DNA from: an uncultured cyanobacterium
GTDB taxonomy: Bacteria > Cyanobacteriota > Cyanobacteriia > Cyanobacteriales > CAWCAG01
Reading direction: 5' to 3'
Length of the DNA stretch: 64,000 nt
Assembly (NCBI GenBank): GCA_963803805.1
Contig: CAWDOD010000002.1
Span: 1,383,813 to 1,447,812, forward strand
Position 1 is the stretch's first letter. The number at the start of each line of letters is the position of its first letter. The notes below the pieces were generated by a model, which did no database searches, was not told the DNA's origin, and saw nothing but the letters and a program-made list of their open reading frames with translations. The translations under genes and the position numbers were made by a program. This document shows positions 21,925 through 32,114 of this stretch, in pieces.

Positions 21925-22137
21925 CTATTGTTAACATTAGGATGGCAAAATGATAAACGAGTTCATGGTTGTTTAATTCATGTGGAAATCATTGCTGATA
22001 AAATCTGGTTACATCGTGATGGAACTGAAGATGGTATTGCTGGCGATTTACTAGCAGCAGGTATTCCTAAGCAGAAAATTGTTTTAGGTTTTCACCATCC
22101 TCAAGTTCGTCAACATACAGAATTTGCAGAAAAATAA
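21925..22137 (+). pseudogene. xisI: 5'-truncated second XisI copy
   Basis: LLLTLGWQNDKRVHGCLIHVEIIADKIWLHRDGTEDG..., near-identical to the C-terminal two-thirds of 8951-9286; lacks the first ~41 residues. Confidence 0.8.
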
Positions 22138-22220
22138 ATTAAATAATCTAGAGTTAGTTCGGACAGCCTGATAAACTTGGGTTTGACCGAAAGCACAATC
22201 CTTTAACGGATTGCCCCTAC

Positions 22221-23948
22221 TTAGTATTTTCTTTCCTTTGGTTCAAACATATCCACCACCACAGGCATATAATTAAGCTCAATTCCGGCTGGAGAATAGT
22301 AAGCTAAAGTATGCTGTAAGAAGTTGCCATCATCTCTGTTGGGATAATCTTCCCTAGAATGGGCCCCGCGACTCTCTTTACGGTTAAGGGCGGAAGTAAG
22401 AATTGTTTCTCCTACCACCATTAAACTTTTTAACTCCCAAGCTTCAATTAATTCGGTATTCCAACAACTATCCTGGTCATCAAGGTAAACATCTTGGTAT
22501 TGCTGTTGCAACTCCTTCAACTTCCTCAAACCTGCTTCCATAGTTGCTTCGGTACGGAACACCCCACAATATTCGCTCATACAATCCTGGAATGCCTGTC
22601 GCAATGCCCCAATACGCATAGTCCCTTTTTGCTCAAAAAGACTTTGGAGACTCTGCTGTGCCTCTTCTAGATATCTCTGCTCTTCAATTTCGGGTAGTTT
22701 GCGTCCTTGTACATAATTGGCGATCGCCCCCCCAGTTCTTTTACCATAAACTATGCACTCCAATAAAGAATTACTACCCAAACGGTTAGCCCCATGTACA
22801 GAAACGCAAGCGCATTCTCCGGCAGCGAAGAAACCTTCTGTTAAACTCTCTCCACTCAAACGCACTCTGCCATCAGTGTTGACAGGAATACCTCCCATCG
22901 AATAATGGGCAGTGGGACGGACTGGCATAGGTTCATTAACCGCATCAACCCCAACTAAACGGTGTGCTTCTTCCCAACAAAAAGGAACCCGACTCATAAT
23001 CTTTTCTTTGCCCATATGGCGCAAATCCAAATGGATAAAAGCTCCCCCCGCACTACCATCTTGATGTATACCTCTTCCGGCACGAATTTCTAAGGTGATG
23101 GCACGAGAAGTAATATCACGGGGGGCAAGTTCCATTTGTTTCGGGGCATAGTTAGCCATAAACCTCTCCCCCTCACTATTTCTTAAATAAGCCCCCTCCC
23201 CCCTGACAGCTTCGGAAATCAGTACCCCCACAGGATATAAACCGGTAGGGTGGAATTGGACAAATTCCATATCTTCCAAAGGAACCCCTGCGATCGCAGA
23301 CATAGCTAAACCATCCCCAGTAGAAGCAAAGTCGTTGGAGGTGGTGTTAAAGACTCTGCCATAACCTCCTGTAGCAAACATGACAGCTTTGGCACGGAGG
23401 ACTTGGATTTCTCCATCCAGGAGATGATACATTACTATACCCTTAGCTTCCCCTTCTTCCAAGATTAAGCGCATCACATACCATTCTTCATAAACCTTGA
23501 CTTGGTTGCGACGCAGGTTGTTAACTAATTCATGAAGGATGGCATGACCAGTTTTATCGGCAGCATAACAAGTACGTTTGTGGGAATGACCACCAAAAGC
23601 TCGTTGGGCAATGCGACCATCTTCTAGGCGAGAAAATAGCACTCCCATATGTTCTAAGTCTATGACGACATCGGGGGCTTCTTTGGTTAAAATGGCTACA
23701 GCATCTTGGTCTGCTAAATAGTCAGAACCCTTAACCGTATCAAAAGCGTGTGCCTCCCAACTATCTTCGGGGTCAACATTTTTTAAACTAGCAGCCATGC
23801 CTCCTTGTGCTGCCACAGAATGGGAACGAATAGGATGGGTTTTGGCAACCAAACCTACATCTAAGTTAGGATCTTGGCGTTTGATTTCTAAAGCAGCGCG
23901 ACAGCCTGCTAAACCACCGCCGATGATGATGATATCGTGTTGTTGCAT
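22221..23948 (-). CDS. sdhA: Succinate dehydrogenase/fumarate reductase flavoprotein subunit
   Basis: GGGLAG, RSHSVAAQGG covalent-FAD motif, QFHPTG, HGANRLGSNSL, ESRGAHSRED. Confidence 0.95.
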   Translation of the reverse strand: MQQHDIIIIGGGLAGCRAALEIKRQDPNLDVGLVAKTHPIRSHSVAAQGGMAASLKNVDPEDSWEAHAFDTVKGSDYLADQDAVAILTKEAPDVVIDLEHMGVLFSRLEDGRIAQRAFGGHSHKRTCYAADKTGHAILHELVNNLRRNQVKVYEEWYVMRLILEEGEAKGIVMYHLLDGEIQVLRAKAVMFATGGYGRVFNTTSNDFASTGDGLAMSAIAGVPLEDMEFVQFHPTGLYPVGVLISEAVRGEGAYLRNSEGERFMANYAPKQMELAPRDITSRAITLEIRAGRGIHQDGSAGGAFIHLDLRHMGKEKIMSRVPFCWEEAHRLVGVDAVNEPMPVRPTAHYSMGGIPVNTDGRVRLSGESLTEGFFAAGECACVSVHGANRLGSNSLLECIVYGKRTGGAIANYVQGRKLPEIEEQRYLEEAQQSLQSLFEQKGTMRIGALRQAFQDCMSEYCGVFRTEATMEAGLRKLKELQQQYQDVYLDDQDSCWNTELIEAWELKSLMVVGETILTSALNRKESRGAHSREDYPNRDDGNFLQHTLAYYSPAGIELNYMPVVVDMFEPKERKY

Positions 23949-24310
23949 ATCTTTTCAATTATCAGTTATCAATTCAATGATGCCTCTGGCAACGGTAAGC
24001 CGAACAATAATTCAGTTATCAATTAGCAATTATGTCTTCGACAAGGGTAAACCCTACAGCTATCAATGAGCAATATATTAGATGCCTTAAAAGCCTAGGA
24101 TTGAATTACATACTAAGTTTAGGAGGATAGGCATCGTTACAAATAAACCAGACCTGATCATAAATGATGACTTGCTCCCAATTACTACGGCTAGAATAAG
24201 ATTTAATATTTTGCGATCGCGATCGCGAACACAAACACAAACGCAAATTACTAGAGGTTATAATCGATGGGTATTGATTTAACTTTTAGGTTTGTTATTA
24301 GTTTGAGAGT

Positions 24311-25243
24311 ATGACAAGAGCAAAAGAAACATTTCCCTCAGAAAGTTTAAAACTGCCCCAAAAAGTAGCTCGTAAAATCAAGAGAAAGTTAGAACATACA
24401 ACAGAGGATTTGGTTAGAACTTTGACCCAAAGGCATATTTGGTCTGAGATAATTAATCAACAAGAAATTAGGATAGTTGGCTTAAAACGTACTGGCAATC
24501 ATGCCATTATTAATTGGTTAGAACCTCAAGGAAAAGGTAAAATCAAACACATTAATAATCTTCAGGTTAATGTTAATCCTTATCGATATAAGTATGAGCG
24601 CCTTCGCGATTACTACCCTCAACATCAATGGTCAATGCAAGATTATGAAAAGGAAGCCAGAGGTAATTTAGTTCCTAAAGATTTGCTTTTATATAGCTAT
24701 GAAGATTACGAGTTAGCGAAGGTATTTAACGACTATTTTGAAAGTAAACACGACCTCTATTTAGGAAAAAGTGCTGTTAGATATGACTTACTAATTTTGA
24801 GAGATCCTTTCAATTTATTTGCTAGTAGAGTCAAGAAAAATTATCTGGAAGTACAAAATCCGCAGCAGAATATGGTGGATTTGTGGCTTGAATATGCTGA
24901 AGAGTTTTTAGGGAAAACTAATTATCTTCAACATAACAAAGTTTGTTTAAATTATAACCGGTGGGTTCAAGATGTTGATTACAGAAAAGAAATTGCCGCA
25001 CAACTAAATCTAGAGTTTTCTGATGCGGGAATAGATAAGGTGAGTGGTTGTGGTGATGGTAGTTCTTTTGAAGGTCGTAGCTTAAATGGTAAAGCGGCTA
25101 AAATGGATGTTAATAATCGCTGGCAGCATTTTCTTGAAGATGAATACTACCGTAAATTAGTGAATAAGGAAAAGATTTTTGATTATTCAGAGCAGATTTT
25201 TGGTTATATTCCAGGAACAGAAAAGTTACGAGAATATAAATGA
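24311..25243 (+). CDS. Hypothetical protein, probable sulfotransferase-like P-loop fold
   Basis: VGLKRTGNHAIINWL resembles the 5'-PSB motif and ILRDPFNLFAS resembles the 3'-PB motif. Confidence 0.55.
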   Translation: MTRAKETFPSESLKLPQKVARKIKRKLEHTTEDLVRTLTQRHIWSEIINQQEIRIVGLKRTGNHAIINWLEPQGKGKIKHINNLQVNVNPYRYKYERLRDYYPQHQWSMQDYEKEARGNLVPKDLLLYSYEDYELAKVFNDYFESKHDLYLGKSAVRYDLLILRDPFNLFASRVKKNYLEVQNPQQNMVDLWLEYAEEFLGKTNYLQHNKVCLNYNRWVQDVDYRKEIAAQLNLEFSDAGIDKVSGCGDGSSFEGRSLNGKAAKMDVNNRWQHFLEDEYYRKLVNKEKIFDYSEQIFGYIPGTEKLREYK

Positions 25244-25256
25244 TTAATGTTCAATG

Positions 25257-26597
25257 TTAAGGTGTGGTTTTTGCTAACGAAGGTAAGAAGTTTACTATTT
25301 GAGGAAAGCTAATAATTAAGACCAAAACTAATAGCTGAAGCAAAATAAAGGGAACTACACCACGATAAATATCTTGGGTTTTTACTTCCGGAGGAGCAAC
25401 TCCTCGTAAGTAAAATAGGGCAAAGCCAAAAGGTGGAGTTAAAAAGGAAGTTTGTAAGTTGGCTCCTATAATTACTCCATACCAAACTAAATCTATATTA
25501 AATGTTTGAGCAACAGGAGCAAAAATAGGTATTACGATAAAAGCAATTTCAAAAAAGTCGATAAAGAAGCCTAAAATAAATACTGTTAACATACTTACTA
25601 TTAAAAACCCCCAACTACCTCCCGGTAGATTAGCAAGTATCTCAGACATAAAATCATCTCCCCCCAAGCCTCGAAAAACCAAGCTAAAAGCTGTAGAACC
25701 TAGTAAGATAAACATCACCATACTAGTTACCCGCAAAGTGGCATCACATACTTCTTTTAAGGCTGACCAATTTAGTTTTCGGTTAGCTGCCGCGAGAATT
25801 ATTGTACCTAATGAACCCACTGCACCGGCTTCCGTGGGAGTGGCAATACCCAAGAAAATACTTCCTAATACTAATAAGATTAATACTAAAGGAGGTATCA
25901 TTACTTGTACAACTCGCAGTCCTAGTTTCTTGCTACTAATATTTCTCACTTCTGGGGGTAAAGCAGGAGCAATTTCTGGTTTTAAAAAAGCAGCTATAAT
26001 TACATGAAGTGCAAAAGCTCCTGCCATTAATAAACCAGGAATGAGTGAACCAATAAAGAGATTTTTAACCGGAACTCCTAATTGATCTCCTAAGACAACT
26101 AAAACGACGCTAGGAGGAATTATTTGTCCTAAAGTTCCTGAAGCTGCAATTACTCCTGTGGCTAATTCTTTGTTGTAGTTATAGCGCAACATAATCGGCA
26201 AGGAAATTAAGCCCATAGCCACAACTGTTGCTGCCACAACTCCAGTAGAAGCCGCTAAAAGAGCGCCAACGATTACTACCGCTAAAGCTAATCCTCCCCG
26301 CAATCTACCGAACAAAATTCCCATAGTTTCTAGTAAGTTTTCAGCAATGCCGGTTTTTTCTAACATTGCTCCCAAAAAGATGAAATAAGGAATCGCCAGA
26401 AGAGTAAAATTGCCCATGATGCCAAAAATTCTTTGGGGCATGGCATTAAGTAAAGAGGCATTAAAAGCCCCTAAACTAAAGCCAATTAAAACAAAAAGAA
26501 TTGCTACCCCACCTAAAGAAAAAGCAACGGGATAACCAAGAGATAATAATAGTAATGCCCCCATAAACATGAAAGGACTTAACCATTCTGTTGCCAT
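25257..26597 (-). CDS. dctM: TRAP transporter large permease DctM
   Basis: LLAIPYFIF, SGTLGQIIPPS, GIATPTEAG, LTPPFG. Confidence 0.93.
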   Translation of the reverse strand: MATEWLSPFMFMGALLLLSLGYPVAFSLGGVAILFVLIGFSLGAFNASLLNAMPQRIFGIMGNFTLLAIPYFIFLGAMLEKTGIAENLLETMGILFGRLRGGLALAVVIVGALLAASTGVVAATVVAMGLISLPIMLRYNYNKELATGVIAASGTLGQIIPPSVVLVVLGDQLGVPVKNLFIGSLIPGLLMAGAFALHVIIAAFLKPEIAPALPPEVRNISSKKLGLRVVQVMIPPLVLILLVLGSIFLGIATPTEAGAVGSLGTIILAAANRKLNWSALKEVCDATLRVTSMVMFILLGSTAFSLVFRGLGGDDFMSEILANLPGGSWGFLIVSMLTVFILGFFIDFFEIAFIVIPIFAPVAQTFNIDLVWYGVIIGANLQTSFLTPPFGFALFYLRGVAPPEVKTQDIYRGVVPFILLQLLVLVLIISFPQIVNFLPSLAKTTP

Positions 26598-27118
26598 TAC
26601 TCTTCCTCCTGAAGAATTGCCCAGTTTTTAATAGTCTCAGAAATACCTTGCAATATTAATAAAACCAAACCAACAATAATCATTGATTTAATGGGAAAAC
26701 GAGGTAAACCGTCAGGATCTGAAGACATTTCCCAAATTGCCCAAGAATTAAGCGTCCATCCCCAAGAAAAATAAATCACCATTAAACAAAAAGGAATTAA
26801 AAATAACAAAGCACCGACAATATTAATCAGAGCCTTTTTTCTCCGGCTAAGGTCTTTATAAAACAAGTCTACGCGGACGTGTTCGTTGTGTTTTAAACTA
26901 TATGCTGCACCTAGTAAAAAAATGAGATCAAACAAGTACCACTGAGATTCAATCAAACCGTTAGAAGTCAATTTTTCTCCTAACCAACGACCCAGATAAC
27001 GACCGGCAACGTTCCAAGTACCGATGAAAACCATGACCAATATTAGCCAATAAGTAAGTCGCCCAATTACTTCATTGAGATTGTCTATGAGACGAGATAT
27101 TTTTAAAAGTATTTGCAA
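26597..27118 (-). CDS. dctQ: TRAP transporter small permease DctQ
   Basis: 4 TM segments, HVRVD motif, 1-nt overlap with dctM. Confidence 0.9.
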   Translation of the reverse strand: MQILLKISRLIDNLNEVIGRLTYWLILVMVFIGTWNVAGRYLGRWLGEKLTSNGLIESQWYLFDLIFLLGAAYSLKHNEHVRVDLFYKDLSRRKKALINIVGALLFLIPFCLMVIYFSWGWTLNSWAIWEMSSDPDGLPRFPIKSMIIVGLVLLILQGISETIKNWAILQEEE

Positions 27119-27711
27119 TGAATAAAGCTTCCTTAAATTAATATGTTGGAGTTTATTTTAGAGCAAATTCGACCACAATCAGTAACCTGCAAAGAATCTT
27201 CTTTGCTTAAAGAGTTTTTTCATTGGAACTTACATGAAACCTATTTATAGAAGCACAACGCACCTTTGACTGAACACGAAAAAGCTAACGCTCATGACAT
27301 TCGCAAAAAGGTAGAATCAACAGCATAAGTCATATTTGTCAAGAGCAAATTTAATTCTTAACAAATGGAAAGTACTTACTTACTCTTTTGCCTTACCACA
27401 ATGCACCTTGCTTTAATTGATTGAATTTAGTGAAAAGCCTGATATTACGTAGCTTATCTTTTCTTACAACTCAATTAGCTACAAAAACAACACAATAACA
27501 GTAGTTAATAACTTATTTAAAAGCATACTATAGCTAGAAGGCTTAGAAACACGTTGTCAAACTATCCTTAACATCACTTAATAAACCACCCCAAAGTTCT
27601 ACTTTGTTAAGAATTTTCTTAGGCTAACCCAAACAAGTAAAAGTTTTACTTATAACTTTTCAACTTCAATTCAAAGTCTTGCTTTTTCTAGCTTGCTAAA
27701 ATAGCAATGTA

Positions 27712-27831
27712 GCACAGCGAGAGAAAATCAGGGTTCAGCAAACACAACAAAAACTTGAACAAGAGAAAGCTAAAGCTGAGTTGTTGGCCGCTAAATTAAG
27801 AGAGTTGGGTGTTGATCCAGATCAGCTTTGA
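27712..27831 (+). pseudogene. Orphan coiled-coil C-terminal tail of the type found on cyanobacterial Uma2-family proteins
   Basis: AQREKIRVQQTQQKLEQEKAKAELLAAKLRELGVDPDQL*; no in-frame start nearby. Confidence 0.6.
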
Positions 27832-27950
27832 ATCTAGCAAAACTTTTTTTAAAGCAAGATTTGTTGTTAGTTGAGACACAATATTAAATCAGGTTACTAG
27901 AATATTGTTGATTACTAATTCACCAAGCATCAAGATTCAACAACTAGCAA

Positions 27951-28727
27951 CTAGCGATTAGCAACTAGCAATTCCTCAACTTTCCCTAAACTCAAATCCT
28001 CTACATTACCTAAAACAACTTTCGCCCCAGCTTCCTTTAACTTAGTAGTATAGTTAGCTTGAGTTTCCTGGTTAGTTTGAACATGAGGAGGTAAAATACC
28101 CACACTAAGAAAAACTCTTTCTGGTTGCTGTTTTTGAGCATTAATTACAGTATACATATCAGCAACAGTATCTCCCAAATAAATAACTGAAGTATGAGGA
28201 TTTACAGTAAGTTTTTGCATAGTAGCAAACAAACCTGTAGGATTAGGTTTATCCGGTGCATCTTCCATTGCCGTTAAGATTGGTTCGTTGATACCTAACC
28301 TTTTTAAAACATATTCTGCTTCCAGACGAGGCGCACCACTAAAAAAACCCCAAGAAATACCTTGTTGTTGTAATTGAGTAAAATATTCTGGCTTTACTAA
28401 TAAAGGTTCGGTGGTAATATAACCTGTCAAGTTATGAGCATCCGAACCACAATAACGGGATTGAAAAAAGGAGATCACCGCTTCATAATCTAAGTTTAAT
28501 TCGCTTCTTGATGTTCCTTGGGAGGCGAAAAAGCGCCTGATTAATTCCTGAGAAGCTTGCCAATCATTATTCCAAATTCCTTCAGATTTAAGCTTGTCTA
28601 TATCCGTTAAGCTAGGGCGATAAACTCCTTGAGTAAATTCTTCTACTGTATCGGCGATCGCCCGACGATAGGAACCACTAACATCTCGGATTACACCGTC
28701 TATATCAAAGATAATTATTAGGGACAT
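27951..28727 (-). CDS. HAD-superfamily hydrolase (TIGR01548-like)
   Basis: FDIDGVIRDVSGSYRRAI, WNNDW, KPNP, YLGDTVAD. Confidence 0.88.
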   Translation of the reverse strand: MSLIIIFDIDGVIRDVSGSYRRAIADTVEEFTQGVYRPSLTDIDKLKSEGIWNNDWQASQELIRRFFASQGTSRSELNLDYEAVISFFQSRYCGSDAHNLTGYITTEPLLVKPEYFTQLQQQGISWGFFSGAPRLEAEYVLKRLGINEPILTAMEDAPDKPNPTGLFATMQKLTVNPHTSVIYLGDTVADMYTVINAQKQQPERVFLSVGILPPHVQTNQETQANYTTKLKEAGAKVVLGNVEDLSLGKVEELLVANR

Positions 28728-28773
28728 TCCTATTCCTCACATGATAAGTAATAAATATTTAAGGCATCATATC

Positions 28774-29442
28774 TTAAGAAAATTCATTCATTAAACTTTC
28801 ATATTTATTCCTAACTTTGGTTTTAAGTTGTCGGTACTGCTCATCTTGAGCTTCCATCTTTATTTCTTGCTTATCTGTATTATCAAAGTTGAACTTACCT
28901 TGATTAACAGAAAGGATACTATAAACTCCTGCTAAGTGAGGAAAAGTTACCGTATCAACTTCCTGAAGAAACAACAAATATTTGCTATCTTTCATCATTG
29001 GTGAGTAACCGCCCATGCAAATGATGAAATGATTTTGATTGGGTTCTTGAACAAGAGCAGCAGGTTGAATAACTTTAATCTCTTTTTCGACAATTTTGCC
29101 CTGAAAGACTTTCTGTACTTTAACGAGTGTAATTGTCTGCTTATCAACAACCAAGCCTTCTTCATCCCTGATAGAAACAGGCTGACTATCTTCAAGAGAG
29201 GCGAAAGGTTTACCAACAACTACCAAATCTGCTTGCGATTCTAAAGCCTCAGCATCTTCATAGGTTATGTAGTTAGCAAGTGAAGGCTGAAACCTAATAG
29301 GAAGAGGCGAAGTTTCTGTTTGAGTATTTGTTGAAACTTCTAATGCTTCTTGTGATGAAACAGACGCTTGAATGTTACAAGATTCGAGAAGAATACCAGG
29401 CATAAAAGCAAAAACGAGCAACGAAATACTTCTTTTATTCAT
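28774..29442 (-). CDS. Hypothetical exported protein, possible lipoprotein
   Basis: Signal-like N-terminus ending LLESC; intact 222-aa ORF. Confidence 0.65.
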   Translation of the reverse strand: MNKRSISLLVFAFMPGILLESCNIQASVSSQEALEVSTNTQTETSPLPIRFQPSLANYITYEDAEALESQADLVVVGKPFASLEDSQPVSIRDEEGLVVDKQTITLVKVQKVFQGKIVEKEIKVIQPAALVQEPNQNHFIICMGGYSPMMKDSKYLLFLQEVDTVTFPHLAGVYSILSVNQGKFNFDNTDKQEIKMEAQDEQYRQLKTKVRNKYESLMNEFS

Positions 29443-29470
29443 AACTGATTACTTATTACTTGCACCACAT

Positions 29471-31081
29471 TTACTTACGTCTCGGCATACCAATCTGCAC
29501 CAAACTAGCACCCAAAAAGCCCCAAATTAAACCTAAAATGTGTGCCAAGCCACTAACTTCGGGAATAGCGGCATCAAAAACAACTTGCAGGGCTACAACG
29601 AAAAGGAAAATACGAAGACGTTTACCGGCGATACGTGCTTTTTCTCGCCGCCACCCCTTTAATAAAATTGCCCCCAATGCCCCTAGCAAACCCATAATTG
29701 CTGCCGATGCACCTACTAAAAGTTGGGCGGGGTTGCCAATATAAATGGCGATGAGGGTAAAACAAAACATAGTACCAATGCCACTAGTTAAATAAATTAT
29801 TAAAAAGCGGCTTATTCCTAAACTAAATTCTATATAAGGGCCGAGGAAATAAAGCCCGATCATATTCATTAATAAGTGAAGGTAGCCAAAATGGAGAAAG
29901 TTGGCATTTATTAAACGCCACCAATCTCCTTGCCAAACTTTCAAAGGTTCCAATGCCCCTAAAAAAGATAAAACCTCAGTATTTGTGCTACCGCCAATTC
30001 TCATTTCTAAAAGAAAGAAGAGGACATTAAGAGCAATTAAACAAAAAGTTGCATAGGCTTTCTTATCTTTAACTCTTGGTACAAAACTATATCTTGCTTC
30101 CTGTTTAATTTCTGTTTTCAAGCGAGTAAGAATTTGTTGAGAAGTCGGGGTTAGAATTTGTTGCGGTTTAACTAATGGTTGAGATAAACGCCAATCAATA
30201 GCATTTTTTAGAGTTTGATTATCTTGGTTTTGCAGAGTTAAAAACTCTTCCTTAACCGAGTTACCCGCTACTCTTTGGGCTGTTAGTTGCCAAAAGCGTT
30301 TAATATCTTTTGAATAGCTAGACAAACTACCCTCAAATAACTCTTCTACCTCCTCAACTTCTCCACAAAAAGCCAAACCATACATCCGCACCAAGTTTAA
30401 CTTCAGTACATCTCCACCCGCTTCCAAACTCCTCTGGGAACGTTCTATCCCTTGCAACAAACCATTCAAATCCCCAGTTTCCCCTAAACACCGTAAATAA
30501 AACATTGCTAAACCAGGTTCTTTACACAAAGTAGCTTCGCTAAAATTCTTCCTCATCCAAGTTAAACATTCATGCCAACGAGAACCCATCCAGTAAAGTA
30601 AAATAGCTGCATCTCTACCAATAGGGCTACGGGTATTTTGATAATGTTGAAGGATACGGAAAGCTTCTGCCATTTGCCCCCTTTGCCCCAAAGCTAAAGC
30701 CCGCAAAAGTTCAGGTTGTTCAAACCAACCATCAGCCGGATGCAACCACCTTAAATAAGAAGCGAGGAGACGGGCTTTCTTGTAGCGTTGTTGATAAATT
30801 AGCTTATTAACCTGAGTAAAACCGATCAAGGGAATTAACAAAAATAGCCCCCAAAGTACACCACCAATTAAACCTGCTATGCCAGGAACTAAAACCCATC
30901 CTACTAAGGTTATGGTTAAAATCGATCCCGCCACTACTACCCAGCCTAAATTACTCTTAGGGTTGGAACGAAAGGCACGGATTAAAAAAGCGATGCAGGA
31001 TAAACAGATAGTCCAAATTAGTAGTTGGTTTAGGTTCATTAATTGCGTTGTAGAGGAGACATCGTAAAACTTCTCGCTCAT
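29471..31081 (-). CDS. Rhomboid family intramembrane serine protease with a long N-terminal extension
   Basis: WWRL..FLH...HLLMN, GASAAIMG, AHILG. Confidence 0.9.
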   Translation of the reverse strand: MSEKFYDVSSTTQLMNLNQLLIWTICLSCIAFLIRAFRSNPKSNLGWVVVAGSILTITLVGWVLVPGIAGLIGGVLWGLFLLIPLIGFTQVNKLIYQQRYKKARLLASYLRWLHPADGWFEQPELLRALALGQRGQMAEAFRILQHYQNTRSPIGRDAAILLYWMGSRWHECLTWMRKNFSEATLCKEPGLAMFYLRCLGETGDLNGLLQGIERSQRSLEAGGDVLKLNLVRMYGLAFCGEVEEVEELFEGSLSSYSKDIKRFWQLTAQRVAGNSVKEEFLTLQNQDNQTLKNAIDWRLSQPLVKPQQILTPTSQQILTRLKTEIKQEARYSFVPRVKDKKAYATFCLIALNVLFFLLEMRIGGSTNTEVLSFLGALEPLKVWQGDWWRLINANFLHFGYLHLLMNMIGLYFLGPYIEFSLGISRFLIIYLTSGIGTMFCFTLIAIYIGNPAQLLVGASAAIMGLLGALGAILLKGWRREKARIAGKRLRIFLFVVALQVVFDAAIPEVSGLAHILGLIWGFLGASLVQIGMPRRK

Positions 31082-31197
31082 TTACTGGAAAGTTAAGCAG
31101 TCGGTTCAAGGTTAAAGGCAATAGTAGCCTTTCCCCCTTACCCTTTCCCCTAAATGTAAGTCTATCTCTGTTGTAACTAAAGCGAATTAGTACTATT

Positions 31198-31920
31198 CTA
31201 TTTCTTTGTTGCTAAAATTATCAGTGATATCCCTACAGGTAAAGGAATTTTTGCTTCTAGGGTAAGAATTGTATCAAGAGTATTTTTTAACCAAGATTTC
31301 TTACCTAAATCACTCACAGGATAAGCTTTTCTCCGCCAGCAGCTATAAAGTAATACCACAGGAATCAGGCTAGCTGCAAAGTAACGGCATTTTTTGATTT
31401 GGAAATGGGGGGTTAAAATTTTGAGTAAGTCTTGGCGAGTATAACGGCGATAATGCCCCAACTTTTCATCATGGTAGCCAAATAACCAGGGATAAGCAGG
31501 AACAGAAATACATAAAGTACCCTGGGGTGTAAGCATCTCCACTAGCTTTTTTACCGCTTGGGTATCATCTTTAATATGCTCTAAAACATCATTGGAAACA
31601 ATAATATCGTAAGGGTGAGAATATTGATGTTCTTCAATAGTAGAATGAACCACTTTTAAGTTAGTAATACAATTGCGTTGTTTTAATTCTTGAGACAAAT
31701 TAATAGCCTGAAGATCAACATCAATAGCCTCAACTTGCCAACTATCTTGTTGAGACAGTAAAATGTTCATTTCCCCTGAACCACAACCGGCATTTAAGAT
31801 ATTAAGCCCTGATTTTTGGGGTAGCCAATTCATGACGATTTTGTATTTAGTCATGGTATAAATATCATTATCTCTGGCTAAATAATCATCAAGTTTATAA
31901 GCAGCATCTTCTGTTGACAT
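31198..31920 (-). CDS. Class I SAM-dependent methyltransferase
   Basis: ILNAGCGSG, DVLEHI, SVPAY..LFGYHDEKLGHYRRY. Confidence 0.88.
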   Translation of the reverse strand: MSTEDAAYKLDDYLARDNDIYTMTKYKIVMNWLPQKSGLNILNAGCGSGEMNILLSQQDSWQVEAIDVDLQAINLSQELKQRNCITNLKVVHSTIEEHQYSHPYDIIVSNDVLEHIKDDTQAVKKLVEMLTPQGTLCISVPAYPWLFGYHDEKLGHYRRYTRQDLLKILTPHFQIKKCRYFAASLIPVVLLYSCWRRKAYPVSDLGKKSWLKNTLDTILTLEAKIPLPVGISLIILATKK

Positions 31921-32114
31921 CGTATTAATTGCTAATCGCTAGTTGCTAATAGGGATAATAACAGATATTTCTTCTGACTTAAGCTAGTGGACATTCAAAT
32001 CTTATATTACTAAACTAGGGCATAAGCTAAGATATATAGAAAGCCAAGTTTTTCTTACTCTCTTCACTTATTACTTTCTGTTACTGGTTTCAAAAAGCTA
32101 ATCAAACTGAAACA

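Noticed and set aside
22221..27118. sdhA without sdhB and dctQM without dctP
   Set aside because: Dispersed subunit genes are common in cyanobacterial genomes, so this is not evidence of novelty.
27120..27700. Long AT-rich intergenic region as a possible ncRNA or decayed gene
   Set aside because: Only a stop-interrupted frame (~27175-27330) with no recognisable family and no convincing structure.
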